A stretch of 64,000 bases of DNA from a virus (IMGVR_UViG_2568526086_000002:1489-65488), one strand, 5' to 3'. Counted from the first letter of the stretch, positions 1 through 10,769 are shown. Notes: a model not told the origin generated them from the sequence alone. A program made the numbers and translations.

Positions 1-643
1 TTGCATCCTGCGCCGTATACTTGCTTTTAGCCAGATCGTAGGCTTTTTTAACCGCCAGCGAACTTGCAGCGACATCACTTCTGGTACTGGTTACAGAGTC
101 GGAAATTTCAATGCCTATCGTGAGATCGATGCGGTCGGATACATCTATCATTTCCTTAGTAATAGCAGATACGCCAGCAGGGATATTCACCGTACAAACA
201 AGCAGTTCCCCATCTCCTAACTGATATGAATCGGTGTAGGTTCTGGCAACAAATTCAGCCGCATGAATATGTGACGCGGTATTAACCTGATAAGAATCTT
301 CTCCAAGGAGGTATCTTCCCTTCAGCACAATTGCATATTTCTTACCTGCGCTAAGTGCAAGAGAAATATCCTTACGCTGCTGAATAGTTACCTGGTAGAA
401 TTCACCAATATTCACTGACGCCGCGCCAGCGGTTTTATCACCATCCACTGAGGTGATTAACAGGTTCATCCCACCGCCAGGCTTAGGAAAAAAACCGGCA
501 TAAAATCCAGGGTCAACAATTCCCCTGAATTTTCGGTTTAGCGCGGCTGACAGATATGGTTCGTGGTATTGCACATCAGCCACCAGAGCCAACGACTCGG
601 GTGATGGGTAAGTAACCGATGTGACAACTGTAACGTCATTCAT
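1..643 (-). CDS. Tail-fibre/baseplate-distal structural protein, N-terminal part. The ORF starts at ATG 643..641 and runs off the window edge.
   Basis: The minus-strand frame is open from the ATG to position 1. It sits at the distal end of the baseplate/tail operon. I recognise no catalytic motifs. Confidence 0.45.
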   Translation of the reverse strand, partial: MNDVTVVTSVTYPSPESLALVADVQYHEPYLSAALNRKFRGIVDPGFYAGFFPKPGGGMNLLITSVDGDKTAGAASVNIGEFYQVTIQQRKDISLALSAGKKYAIVLKGRYLLGEDSYQVNTASHIHAAEFVARTYTDSYQLGDGELLVCTVNIPAGVSAITKEMIDVSDRIDLTIGIEISDSVTSTRSDVAASSLAVKKAYDLAKSKYTAQDA

Positions 644-654
644 CAAGCATATCC

Positions 655-1089
655 TTATGCTGTAGTCGTGTTTATGGCCATAACTGCGGTATATGTTTTG
701 CCCACATACAGCGAGTCTTCCTGGACACAAATAATGGCGATTGGCTTGTTCTCGTTATCCAGAACAACCAGAGTGTTGAATGGGTAGTTTTTCCCTTTCT
801 GCAACTGGCTTTGATCAAGGTCCATTCGGACAGTAATTATCCCGCCTGAGTAGGTTGGGACGAGGTTGATGGTGCAAAATTTACTGGTCAGTTCTGCCAG
901 CTCGAAAGCCTTTGGCAGTTCTCCAATCTCATAAGTGCCATCTCCTTTCTTAGTAACCAGTGAACTGGTACCGAAAACGGCCTTGCTGATTAAAAATCGA
1001 GAGCCTTTGTTAATGGACGATTCAGCGCGCCGCTGATAGTAATAGTCCAACAACTGACTCTTATAGAGGTTTGTTGAGACGTCAGACAT
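655..1089 (-). CDS. Tail/baseplate-associated protein (144 aa)
   Basis: ORF in the same minus-strand late operon, tightly packed with its neighbours. Confidence 0.5.
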   Translation of the reverse strand: MSDVSTNLYKSQLLDYYYQRRAESSINKGSRFLISKAVFGTSSLVTKKGDGTYEIGELPKAFELAELTSKFCTINLVPTYSGGIITVRMDLDQSQLQKGKNYPFNTLVVLDNENKPIAIICVQEDSLYVGKTYTAVMAINTTTA

Positions 1090-1167
1090 GATTTTCCCTA
1101 ATCAATGTTGTGAAGCCTCATTGTAAGAGAAGTAACTTGTCACCCCGCCCTGCGGACGGGGTGATTG

Positions 1168-2007
1168 TCAGGCGTCGCTATCCAGCAACAAATCATCTGC
1201 GCGTGTGCGATCAAACGTAGGTGTTGCTTTCACAATAGTGCCACCAGGCGTTGCGGTGATCGGGGCGCTAATCGACGTAACTCCAGTAAGCGAAGTTGTA
1301 TCCGAAGTTTCAAACCAGCAGTACGCTTTTTCGGTATCAGAAATCTCGTTCAAAGTGATCATGTCGGCCTGTTCATTCACAACAACCGACAAATAGAGCG
1401 TAAGCCCATCAAACACTATATGCAGTGGCAGTAGAGGCTTTACGAACTGATTAAACTTTCTGAGAATTTCTTCTGTAATTGCGGACTGATCTATCGTGCC
1501 AGTAATACCCATTGTCCGGGCCAGGTCGTTTATGGGAATACTGATCATCCCTCTGGAAGTCAGAAACATCTCGCCGAATGTGCCGCCGGTAGTTTCCAGT
1601 GTGCTTTCTGGTATTAGAACTGTGCCATAGGGATGACGTTCAAGGTCCACCGGTGCATATATCGGATCCCATAAAACAGAAATACCATTAAATTCGCGGT
1701 AAATTGTCTGGTTTATAGGGCGTTCAGTCCCCTTAAAGTGAATCTCATCAAGCCGCTGTTGTAACAACATCGGAACGGAAGATGAGTTTGAGGTTCTGAT
1801 AGTAAAGAACTGGCCAAGTTCATTTGTCCTGGTCTCCAGATCCTCCTTGCTCATGGAAAAAATAGACTTCCGGTTGGTAATTCGCTCCAACCATGGGTCA
1901 ACAAAGGTGTCCATCATTGACTGAACCAAATCAGCCAATGATTTATAGAGCAATGACTTTTGCTTAGCTGATGTAAGCCGATTATTAAACCAGGAACGTT
2001 GCATCAC
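1168..2007 (-). CDS. Baseplate-associated structural protein (279 aa)
   Basis: ORF in the operon. Its stop overlaps the start of the upstream gene by 4 nt (2004..2007). Confidence 0.5.
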   Translation of the reverse strand: MMQRSWFNNRLTSAKQKSLLYKSLADLVQSMMDTFVDPWLERITNRKSIFSMSKEDLETRTNELGQFFTIRTSNSSSVPMLLQQRLDEIHFKGTERPINQTIYREFNGISVLWDPIYAPVDLERHPYGTVLIPESTLETTGGTFGEMFLTSRGMISIPINDLARTMGITGTIDQSAITEEILRKFNQFVKPLLPLHIVFDGLTLYLSVVVNEQADMITLNEISDTEKAYCWFETSDTTSLTGVTSISAPITATPGGTIVKATPTFDRTRADDLLLDSDA

Positions 2008-3437
2008 TCCTCCTCATACGAAATATTAAAGGTGGAGTTTTCTGTATCCAGATAAACGAAATCGTAAAAGCCGTTGGACTCATTCCACTCGACAAATTCC
2101 AGATAAAAGTCGCGGAAATAACCCAGCGTTTCGATAAATGCCCAAACGTCTTTTTTCTTGATCAGGATGTACTTGCCGACACCGTTCGGATCAAAGAAAT
2201 TTGAGTCGCGCCCAAATTTTGTTTCCAGTGCCGACTTCAACTCATCAGTCACGTTCTCAATAGTCAGGCTTGCCGATATCCGCCCGGTGATGGTTATCTT
2301 AAATGGTAGTTTTCTGACCTCTTTATAAGAGAATTTCTTGTTCAGTTCATTCGGTACCTTCTTAAAGGCAGTCAGGATCATTTCTTCAAGCTCTGACTGG
2401 CTTTTATTTGGATGCCATCCTGAAATAAATATCTTATTGATATTCTGAACATTATAAGCACCATCTAATTTCTCTTGCTGGCCTTCGCCCCATGCCTTTA
2501 CCCAGGACAGCCCCGGGATGTTACGAACCAGAAAATACGTATAGTCCCCGCCCCATACGACCTGATCATCATAGGCAAGGTAATATTGTGCACGGTTACG
2601 TGTGATCTCCGTTGTTTCAGCATCGGTACCTGCGGTTATAGGTGTCGTTGTCTTAACTGAAATCAAATTAGCTAAATTAGCCGCAGAATCGACAGGCGTC
2701 AGGTTTTGGCCAGCAACCAGGGTTATATCGCCGTTGGTGCACCATACCTTAAGCGTAATTGTCGAACCTTCTGGCGGTATTTGCCCAATTAGCCCATCGC
2801 CGAATCGAACCCCCAACTGCTCGGATGGTTTATAAAACTCAACGTAGACCTGGCTTTTACTACCGGCTAACCGGAACATAGTGCTGGAAGACCACTGCGT
2901 GGTCTTACCATCGGTCGTCACGAATACTTCCAGCTTATAGCAGACAGCAGTAAGAGCCTTTGATAACACGACTTCCAGAAATTCTTTGGCTGCCGTAACG
3001 GTATATGTCACCTCCTGGATTTCCAACTGTGCCACTTCTACCGTACCGGTGCCGTCAACCAACCTGCATACATCCATAGTCATGTAAGGGTACTGGTCGT
3101 CAGATATTAAAGGCATGTTTTTGGGGATTACCGCTGGGGCATCTTCACTTGTGGCGGTGATCTCAATCATCCCCGATGACGGTGTTGGCTTGGTACCAAC
3201 GTAACTATTCGTTTCTGCCGCTGCCAGGATAGAGGAACGCCGCGTCGCGGTCGATATAAAGCCTTCAGCCAGCGCCGCATCGGCATACTGAAAGCACCTG
3301 TAGACAATCTGGGTAATAAACAATGTCAGCATCGAGACAAATTGAGAGCCGACAAACTTCGACCAGAATGAATCTTTCTCGACAAGCTCTTCAAACTCTG
3401 CACGAATACTGTCTTTAGTCGGTGTTGTTTTACTCAT
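2004..3437 (-). CDS. Baseplate wedge protein, gpJ-like by size and position (477 aa)
   Basis: Large ORF between a gpW-sized gene and the distal tail genes. The start overlaps the upstream gene by 4 nt. Confidence 0.5.
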   Translation of the reverse strand: MSKTTPTKDSIRAEFEELVEKDSFWSKFVGSQFVSMLTLFITQIVYRCFQYADAALAEGFISTATRRSSILAAAETNSYVGTKPTPSSGMIEITATSEDAPAVIPKNMPLISDDQYPYMTMDVCRLVDGTGTVEVAQLEIQEVTYTVTAAKEFLEVVLSKALTAVCYKLEVFVTTDGKTTQWSSSTMFRLAGSKSQVYVEFYKPSEQLGVRFGDGLIGQIPPEGSTITLKVWCTNGDITLVAGQNLTPVDSAANLANLISVKTTTPITAGTDAETTEITRNRAQYYLAYDDQVVWGGDYTYFLVRNIPGLSWVKAWGEGQQEKLDGAYNVQNINKIFISGWHPNKSQSELEEMILTAFKKVPNELNKKFSYKEVRKLPFKITITGRISASLTIENVTDELKSALETKFGRDSNFFDPNGVGKYILIKKKDVWAFIETLGYFRDFYLEFVEWNESNGFYDFVYLDTENSTFNISYEEE

Positions 3438-3793
3438 AGCACCACGTCCTGTGTGATAGTTATATCCCTGATACGAATGGATATTTTCAACTTATCAAAA
3501 GCATCTCCCTCGGCTACTGACAAGCCAGAAATCGGTATGTCAGGTAAATCTACCGTCAGTTTTTGCAACAGCATTGCCTCAACCGCAATTTGAACATGCG
3601 ACAAGTTGGTCGGTTCGTGTTTAAACTGCGGTAAAACATTGCCCCATGACGGATCTCCGTATACCTCACCCTGATAAGTGTTTAGCCACTCATATAAACG
3701 AGCGCCCCAGGCCTCCTCCTGGGACTCATACGTTTTTACGCCGGATAACTCCAGCGTCAGCAAAGGATCAATTTCGTTATTGTTGGCCATCAA
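3434..3793 (-). CDS. Small baseplate protein (119 aa; gpW-like size), immediately downstream of sit
   Basis: ORF overlapping the sit stop by 4 nt, the typical translational coupling of a late operon. Confidence 0.5.
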   Translation of the reverse strand: MMANNNEIDPLLTLELSGVKTYESQEEAWGARLYEWLNTYQGEVYGDPSWGNVLPQFKHEPTNLSHVQIAVEAMLLQKLTVDLPDIPISGLSVAEGDAFDKLKISIRIRDITITQDVVL

Positions 3794-6700
3794 TCAACTC
3801 TCGCGTAGTCATTCATCAACGGATCATCAATTGACAGTGGTACCGTGCGCATAACGCCCGGCTGAGGCGTGCTGACCTTTACGACAGTTCCCTGGCCTTT
3901 CGCCGAGTCTTTGGTGTGCTCTTCAATCCTGGCAAGCAATGAGGTCATCTGCGCAAACAGCCGCTTCGTTTCACCATCAAGTGAAACGGTATTATCAGCC
4001 AACTGCATTGTCGGCTTGGCACCGGAACCGCCAAGGTCACTAATAACCTGCCCGTCTATCTGCATACGACCGGTTGGTTGCTGCAAATCGTTGGCGGCAG
4101 TCGTCACCTTGGACGTGGAGGCTGGTTCAGGCGCATTATTTTTCCGCATCCCCGGCGAGTTGCGGAGTTTATCGAATAGTCCATCAATCCCCATTTGTGC
4201 GCCGAGTTGGTCAAAGTAACTTGAGTTGCTGGCCACCGGACGCGCCTCTTCAACTGGCATCGGAGTATCAACATACACATTGCCAGCTGCTGTTGCGGTC
4301 CCCTTCCCTCGTGCACGTTCTTCGAGCGTTCCCTGAACGACTTCCCGACGCATACCCCGGCCATTCATGAATTTGTTGACCAGATCGTTAACGCCAACAG
4401 CATTGCCGATTTTGTCTACCAGACCGCCTTTCTCAAACGGGCTATCACCAGGGGTAAACGCCAGGCCAGTAGACTGATCGATAACAGCGTTATCAGGCAG
4501 TGGTCCCCTCACTCCATATTGCGCCCCACCCTGTGCTCCTGCTCCAGGTGTATAGATTTCACCACCTAAATAGCGAGCACGATGAGTATTGACCTTGATC
4601 GCGTACTCACGGTTTTCTTTCGATAAGTCACCTGTGCCTTTTTTCCACTTATTGATAGTGCCAAACCCAGCGTTATATGCAGTGATGGCCTCGTTTAAGT
4701 CTCCATTGGCTTGCTTCAGATACTTGCTCATGAGAAGAGCCGCAGCTTCTGCCGATTTCACAGGATCAAACGATTCACCTTCAGCTAAGCCAGTCTCTTC
4801 ACGAGCAATCCCCGTGAACTGAAACATTCCCAGAGCACCGGTTTGGGATTTTGCATACGGATTACCACCAGATTCAGTTGCAGCAATCGCGTAAAGAGTG
4901 CCTTCTGGAAGACCATATTTATTCTCTAGTTCAGCAAAATACGGAGCCAACTTATCGAGATTTGCCTTACCTTCAGATCCAAGACTTCCGACTTTTACAT
5001 CCAAGCGGCCATTGTTGTAGGTATCCGCAGCTTTCTGAATGTCATTCCTGGTGCCAGTGGTATTAAGCGACGATGATGACGAGCTATTTTGACCAATAGC
5101 TTTATCAATTTTCTGCAACGCGCTATTGCCCGTTTCTACGGCATTTGCATTGATAATCTGATTCGCAGTTTCTTTAACTGTTTTATTGCTATCTTTCGCC
5201 GTGTCCAGTGCCGCATTTATCACGCGGGTAACAATATTAGTCTGTTTGGCATCGGATTCAGTTTTAGAATCAGATGTCTCCTGGTGGCTATTAACCGGAG
5301 CTTTTAACTCTGGAGTGATTTCTTTCGCATTAGCCTCGCTATTAACCGGAGCTTTTAACTCTGGAGCGATTTCTTTCGCATTAGCCTCGCTATTAACCGG
5401 AGCTTTTAACTCTGGAGTGATTTCTTTCGCATTAGCCTCGCCGATCGGATTGGGTATTTTTGATACAATCATTGCCGCAGGGGTATTTTTAACGGCATCA
5501 ACCGCTGCATCTAATGCTTTACCAGGTAAATTTTTAACCCCATCCCAAATATTACCAGCCGCCTCTTTAATGTGTTTCCCCGGGTTCTTAATGAAATCAA
5601 TTGCACTATCAATTGCATCACTGAAAACCTGTTTCAGGTTATCAACAGTAAAGAAGTCTTTGATGGCATCCAGCTTTTCAAGCAGCTTATTAGATGTATC
5701 GCTAAACCATGCTGAAACAGCATCACCAATCTTTGCTGTGTAATCTTCGAACTTGGTAGAAATGGTGTCGCCAAGGTTAGAAATATATGTTTCTAAGTTG
5801 GTAATCCCACTATCAATGGCCTGGGCAATACTTTCCGTCGAAAATGATTGCAACATATTGCCGATATCCTCAAATCCAAGTGATTTGAGAACCTCACCAA
5901 TGGCGCTGCTAATACCAGATACCAGTCCCCCCATATCAAGAACATTGGCTAACGTATAAGCGGCTTTTTGCTGGAATGATGGATCTTGTCCTGATTTAAG
6001 CCCAAACGCTCGACGTTGCGCTTCTGTATCATTCCAACCGGTTACCGCATCATAAATACCTCCAGCCACTGTGCCGACTAAGGGAATTGCGCGTAACGCC
6101 CCTTTACCAACTGCCTTTAATCCAAGTTTACCTGCTGCCCGGGCAGCCAAATCTCCACCTTCATAGGCGATAGTCTTCTTGCCACCACCGCGTAGCATTC
6201 CTACAAGTTTCTTTGCCCCCAGAGCGCCAAAAGCGAGTGCTCCAGCTTTTTTCAGCATGCCACGCCCCATTAACAACGACGCGACGCCACCGGCCCCCTT
6301 CCCTAACAGGCTAAATAGTTTGGACAGCAAGCCGCCCTTCTTTTTCCCGGTGTTTTTGGCTATCTGATCAAGGGCGCTGAGAATCTTGTCATTGCCCTCT
6401 TTAATTTCGCTGGTCTGCTCCTGAAGTTCCTGAACTGTCCGTTTTTGGGTGTTAACCTGAACGACATCGGCACTATTTTGCGATTTACGCCTAAAAAAAC
6501 CTTTTCTACGGCTGTTATCGTCATTGCCACGAATCACATCGGCAATAGACTTTCTGGCACCATTAAGCGATCCACCAACTTCTTTTGATATCCCGCCAAG
6601 CTCCTTCCCTGCTGCCCACAATGGACCAGCAACGGCATAACCTAACGCATCAACGGCACGAGTCTCTGAAGGGTTACCTATGCCTTCAGCTACTTTTGAC

Positions 6701-7581
6701 AGTTTTTTTAATAAACCTGATTCAGCATTTAGACGCTCATCATCCTCTTTGCGCCTGGCCTTTTCAGCACGTTCAGCACGGGCATCTTCCGCTGCGGCCT
6801 TACTCCCTGACTTTCCAATAAAACGACCACGCGCATCGCGTTGGTTTTGGCTTTTTTGCGCACCGCCTTTTTGATCGAACATTTCGCGAGCGTGTTCGGC
6901 TGCTTCGGTCCGTTGTGCCTTTATATCCTCTGGTATAGCCTTCCTGCGTCGTTTTTTACCCTTTGGTGTAGTTGATTTGGCCTGCTGTTCCTGTTGAGCA
7001 ATGCCCTCCTGAACTACACGAGAAACGTCCCCTAAATTAAGCCGTTTCATTGCGTCAACAATAGGGTCTACTGATGGCGCATTGGCCACAAAGTCTGGCC
7101 GGGAATTTTCGATTGTTCGATTTAATGCCGACACACTGCGAGATACTGGGTCAACCGTTGCAACGCGTTCCCCTTTCAAATCACGAGCGAGTTTGACCGT
7201 TTCTAACCGCTGTGCTTTAACATCCTCTGTTATTGCCTCTCTTCGTCTATTTGGGGGATTGTGCGCTGTTGGTGCAGCCTGCTGTGCACGGTTAGTGACT
7301 TTGTCCTCCCGTATACGAGAAACGTCCCCTAAATTAAGCCGTTTTATTGCGTCAACAATAGGGTCCACTGATGGCGCATTGGTCACAAAGTCAGGACGTG
7401 AATTTTCGATTGTGCGATTTAATGCCGACACACTGCGAGAGACAGGATCAACAGTTGCAACTCGTTCCCCTTTCAAATCTTCAACAGCTTCCCGAATACC
7501 TGCAAGCTCTTCCAGCTCTTTCGCGCTGGCGGTTTCAACTGTCCTTATAACATCGTCAATATTGGCGTTTTTTCTTTCCAT
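3790..7581 (-). CDS. sit: Tail tape-measure-like injection transglycosylase (P1 Sit-like), 1263 aa
   Basis: The lytic transglycosylase (SLT) motif 'AIAATESGGNPYAKSQTGALGMFQF' is present. The protein has long Gly/Ala/Lys-rich low-complexity stretches typical of tape-measure proteins. It lies between baseplate genes and a tail tube/assembly gene. It contains internal tandem repeats. Confidence 0.9.
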   Translation of the reverse strand: MERKNANIDDVIRTVETASAKELEELAGIREAVEDLKGERVATVDPVSRSVSALNRTIENSRPDFVTNAPSVDPIVDAIKRLNLGDVSRIREDKVTNRAQQAAPTAHNPPNRRREAITEDVKAQRLETVKLARDLKGERVATVDPVSRSVSALNRTIENSRPDFVANAPSVDPIVDAMKRLNLGDVSRVVQEGIAQQEQQAKSTTPKGKKRRRKAIPEDIKAQRTEAAEHAREMFDQKGGAQKSQNQRDARGRFIGKSGSKAAAEDARAERAEKARRKEDDERLNAESGLLKKLSKVAEGIGNPSETRAVDALGYAVAGPLWAAGKELGGISKEVGGSLNGARKSIADVIRGNDDNSRRKGFFRRKSQNSADVVQVNTQKRTVQELQEQTSEIKEGNDKILSALDQIAKNTGKKKGGLLSKLFSLLGKGAGGVASLLMGRGMLKKAGALAFGALGAKKLVGMLRGGGKKTIAYEGGDLAARAAGKLGLKAVGKGALRAIPLVGTVAGGIYDAVTGWNDTEAQRRAFGLKSGQDPSFQQKAAYTLANVLDMGGLVSGISSAIGEVLKSLGFEDIGNMLQSFSTESIAQAIDSGITNLETYISNLGDTISTKFEDYTAKIGDAVSAWFSDTSNKLLEKLDAIKDFFTVDNLKQVFSDAIDSAIDFIKNPGKHIKEAAGNIWDGVKNLPGKALDAAVDAVKNTPAAMIVSKIPNPIGEANAKEITPELKAPVNSEANAKEIAPELKAPVNSEANAKEITPELKAPVNSHQETSDSKTESDAKQTNIVTRVINAALDTAKDSNKTVKETANQIINANAVETGNSALQKIDKAIGQNSSSSSSLNTTGTRNDIQKAADTYNNGRLDVKVGSLGSEGKANLDKLAPYFAELENKYGLPEGTLYAIAATESGGNPYAKSQTGALGMFQFTGIAREETGLAEGESFDPVKSAEAAALLMSKYLKQANGDLNEAITAYNAGFGTINKWKKGTGDLSKENREYAIKVNTHRARYLGGEIYTPGAGAQGGAQYGVRGPLPDNAVIDQSTGLAFTPGDSPFEKGGLVDKIGNAVGVNDLVNKFMNGRGMRREVVQGTLEERARGKGTATAAGNVYVDTPMPVEEARPVASNSSYFDQLGAQMGIDGLFDKLRNSPGMRKNNAPEPASTSKVTTAANDLQQPTGRMQIDGQVISDLGGSGAKPTMQLADNTVSLDGETKRLFAQMTSLLARIEEHTKDSAKGQGTVVKVSTPQPGVMRTVPLSIDDPLMNDYARVD
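5290..5442. repeat. Three in-frame tandem copies of a 51-bp unit (17 aa, NSEANAKEI(T/A)PELKAPV) inside sit
   Basis: Direct reading shows 'attaaccggagcttttaactctggag(t/c)gatttctttcgcattagcctcgct' three times in a row. Confidence 0.9.
7012..7480. repeat. Two near-identical copies of about 170 bp, period about 297 bp (99 aa), duplicating the N-terminal region of Sit
   Basis: 'gagaaacgtcccctaaattaagccgttt(c/t)attgcgtcaacaatagggtc...cccctttcaaatc' occurs twice. In the protein, 'LKGERVATVDPVSRSVSALNRTIENSRPDFV.NAPSVDPIVDA.KRLNLGDVSR' is repeated. Confidence 0.85.
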
Positions 7582-7662
7582 GATCTTATCGCCTACCGTT
7601 TCGGTTTAAGTTTTTCTTCCAGTTTCTCCAACAGGAAAAACGCATAGGATTCAGTAAGCCTT

Positions 7663-8544
7663 TCAGCGTCCTGAATCGGTATACCCCCATACAAAACCAG
7701 GTTGGACACTAAGGTCTGATAGCTTTTCAATCCCCACCTGTGGAATGAAGTCGGTAGCCCGAAAGGGCACCCACAGACGGGTATATGCACCCTCTGTGGA
7801 CTCCTTTTTATCCTGATTTGGGCATTTATGCGGCGGGAGACGAAGACGCATTTCACCTTTATCGATGTAGCACGGTAAACCATGTTCGAGCTTTTCATGA
7901 GCCAGTCGGATGTGTGCCGCCAGCTTCATAAATTCAGTATCAATGGCCATCCGTTTAATCGTTTCATAACGACGCTCAGCCTGATCTTCACGAGTACCGC
8001 TAACATCGTTATAAAGCTCACACTGATAAGCGAATTCCCAAAAACGCAAATCAACGATCGCTTCTTTGAATTCCGCGTCGTCTTCAGGTGGCAATGCTGC
8101 ACGGCGCATCTCCAGCATTTCCATTGCCCAACCATCAAGCGGCACGATACGCCATTGATAAGGTACTCCCTCTACAGACACCTCAATATCGTCAATGAAA
8201 GGTTCCACTTCCAGGACCTGGATATCTTCAGCCAGAGCATTCATATCGCAATCGTAATAATGCTCTTTACCGCAATGTTTACAGGTGTAGGTGAATGTCT
8301 CGACCGGTGTTTCACGGGAGCCGGTAAATATCCACCATAACGCGGTAATCCGGTCCTGCGCCGTCCATGTCAGGGGATCATGTTTCGCGGGTTCAGCCAG
8401 CAAGGCTTTTAAATACGCCGTTGTCTGTTGTTCTTGTTCCTCCGGTGTTATCGAGTTGAAACGCATCGCATCAGCAATATTTGGCTGACGGAACTGGATC
8501 AATTCAGTTGGCCGCGATGGTAGCGGGAAAAGAGGTAAAAGCAT
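7663..8544 (-). CDS. Tail assembly protein encoded immediately upstream of sit (293 aa)
   Basis: This is the position of the tail-assembly chaperone in myovirus and siphovirus tail operons. An overlapping 101-aa frame (7593..7898) ends 12 nt before the sit start. Confidence 0.55.
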   Translation of the reverse strand: MLLPLFPLPSRPTELIQFRQPNIADAMRFNSITPEEQEQQTTAYLKALLAEPAKHDPLTWTAQDRITALWWIFTGSRETPVETFTYTCKHCGKEHYYDCDMNALAEDIQVLEVEPFIDDIEVSVEGVPYQWRIVPLDGWAMEMLEMRRAALPPEDDAEFKEAIVDLRFWEFAYQCELYNDVSGTREDQAERRYETIKRMAIDTEFMKLAAHIRLAHEKLEHGLPCYIDKGEMRLRLPPHKCPNQDKKESTEGAYTRLWVPFRATDFIPQVGIEKLSDLSVQPGFVWGYTDSGR

Positions 8545-8558
8545 CCTTGCTCCTTAAT

Positions 8559-9170
8559 TCAAAGAGAAAAGCTAAAGCCCAGAAGGGAAGCCAAAGAACT
8601 TGAGGATTGGTTAAACGTGCTGTGCAATGCGAAGGTCATTGGGAATGACTTAAACTCAGTAACCTGATCTCGCGCATAGGTGACATCGCCGGTAGTGACC
8701 GGGAATACCGTCATCTCATTTTCCAGTTTGGTTAAGCCGGAAGACAGCAACCGATAAATACGCACATTGAGCAAATATTTAGACGGTATATTCCCGGTAC
8801 CGTCCGGATTGATCACCCGACTTTTTGCCGTCTTAAACCAGTCCAAAACGAGGCCATCAACGGTATCCCTGACCATCATTGTTATCTGCCCAGGCGAACG
8901 CTCCGTTGGTTGAAGGATATTCCCTCCGCCGATTTTAATCGTTTCATATTCGATGCTGTAATCGTGGTAGGTAATATCTTTGGCAAAGAAGTCTGCCCCC
9001 TCCAGTCCATCAACTTCGACAGAGAACTGCCATCCTTGCGCGAACAGCATTTTGTTCATGATGATTGACGTCAGCTTACCAACTTCCCGCTCACCAACGC
9101 CGGAGCCAAATAATGTCGTCGTTAATGCCGAAGATACATAAGACTTTACTGAAGCAACATTAAGCCCCAT
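8559..9170 (-). CDS. Tail tube-type structural protein (203 aa)
   Basis: Position directly upstream of the chaperone/tape-measure pair. The size is typical for tube proteins. Confidence 0.5.
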   Translation of the reverse strand: MGLNVASVKSYVSSALTTTLFGSGVGEREVGKLTSIIMNKMLFAQGWQFSVEVDGLEGADFFAKDITYHDYSIEYETIKIGGGNILQPTERSPGQITMMVRDTVDGLVLDWFKTAKSRVINPDGTGNIPSKYLLNVRIYRLLSSGLTKLENEMTVFPVTTGDVTYARDQVTEFKSFPMTFALHSTFNQSSSSLASLLGFSFSL

Positions 9171-9180
9171 ATCAGCCTCC

Positions 9181-9771
<591 letters not shown>

Positions 9772-9904
9772 TTAACCGATTCTACGAGTAGTCATTTGTT
9801 CATTGAGTAGGAATATTGTTGTCTGGGGGGTAATCAGTGTAGGTGGAATGAGGGATATGATATGGTTATCACATAATCAGGTTGTTTTGAGTAAAACAAT
9901 AAAA

Positions 9905-9940
9905 CGCCCTTTAATGGGCGTTTTTTTAAAACTTAAATTG
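9905..9940. terminator. Rho-independent terminator hairpin (aaacgccc-attaaa-gggcgttt) with flanking A/T runs, between the sim operon and the tail operon
   Basis: An 8-bp GC-containing stem with a T7 run on the plus strand and a T-rich tail on the minus strand. Confidence 0.55.
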
Positions 9941-9956
9941 ACTATCCTTTCAAATA

Positions 9957-10769
9957 CTATTTTAATTCTATGTAATTTTTAAATTCTCCCTCATATTTAT
10001 ACATGATGCTATCAAATCCTTCCATTACATCAACGAATTGTTGTGAACATTCCGGCTTCCAAGGCGTACACTTACGAACCATATCCATTTTTTTCTTATC
10101 CTTCGTTGTATCGACTAAGGATAGGTACCCTATAAAATTCATCATCTGAACAGGATCTTGATTTGTGAATATATATTTGACGTTTTGCTTAGTAGGTGAA
10201 AAAGAATCAAAAGCAGGGAACATATATTCACCAGAAAAAGAGAGTGCAGCATCAATGACGTCTGTTGCTGGAGTGCAGTTGCTCAGAATTGGCACTAAGC
10301 TAAAATTAGCACCTGAGCACACTGCATATATATCATCCCCTTTTTTTAGTTTTAACAGAGAGTCTTGCTTTGAATCCAATATTTTCAATTTGATATAATT
10401 TAGTGGCGTTGCATTTTCCCCTGGAGTAAATAACTCTACAATTGGTTTATTATTCACCATTCTTATGGATTTTATTTCACCATACACAATTGGAATTGTG
10501 TTCCATTTTTCCTGAGCAGCAAATTCATTATCTTTAAAATCATTAACCAACTCAGATGGCAAATGATAACCAAATTGATTGTTCATTGCTTTCGAAGCAA
10601 ATCCAGACAAATAGAATGCCCTTACTAAATCATAATCTTTCTTTGAGGTAGAAAGCCAATCTGGCAATTTATTATCAGCTATCGCGCTTCCAGCAAAAAT
10701 AGCACAACAAAATGTTATTACATTAAATAATTTCATTTTCCATTCACTCATTAATCGGTTTAAACTCAC
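9957..10769 (-). CDS. sim: Secreted superimmunity-type protein (Sim-like), 270 aa with an N-terminal signal peptide. Translation probably starts at the internal MKLFNV... methionine.
   Basis: The hydrophobic signal sequence 'MKLFNVITFCCAIFAGSAIA' is present. The position between the tail operon and immI matches the P1 sim locus. Confidence 0.6.
   Translation of the reverse strand: MSLNRLMSEWKMKLFNVITFCCAIFAGSAIADNKLPDWLSTSKKDYDLVRAFYLSGFASKAMNNQFGYHLPSELVNDFKDNEFAAQEKWNTIPIVYGEIKSIRMVNNKPIVELFTPGENATPLNYIKLKILDSKQDSLLKLKKGDDIYAVCSGANFSLVPILSNCTPATDVIDAALSFSGEYMFPAFDSFSPTKQNVKYIFTNQDPVQMMNFIGYLSLVDTTKDKKKMDMVRKCTPWKPECSQQFVDVMEGFDSIMYKYEGEFKNYIELK

Noticed and set aside
5186-5743. 185-aa plus-strand ORF antisense inside sit with the internal repeat 'LLTGAFNSG(V/A)ISFALAS'
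   Set aside because: It mirrors the 51-bp tandem repeats of sit on the opposite strand. Repeat-driven open frames are common artefacts. There is no start context.
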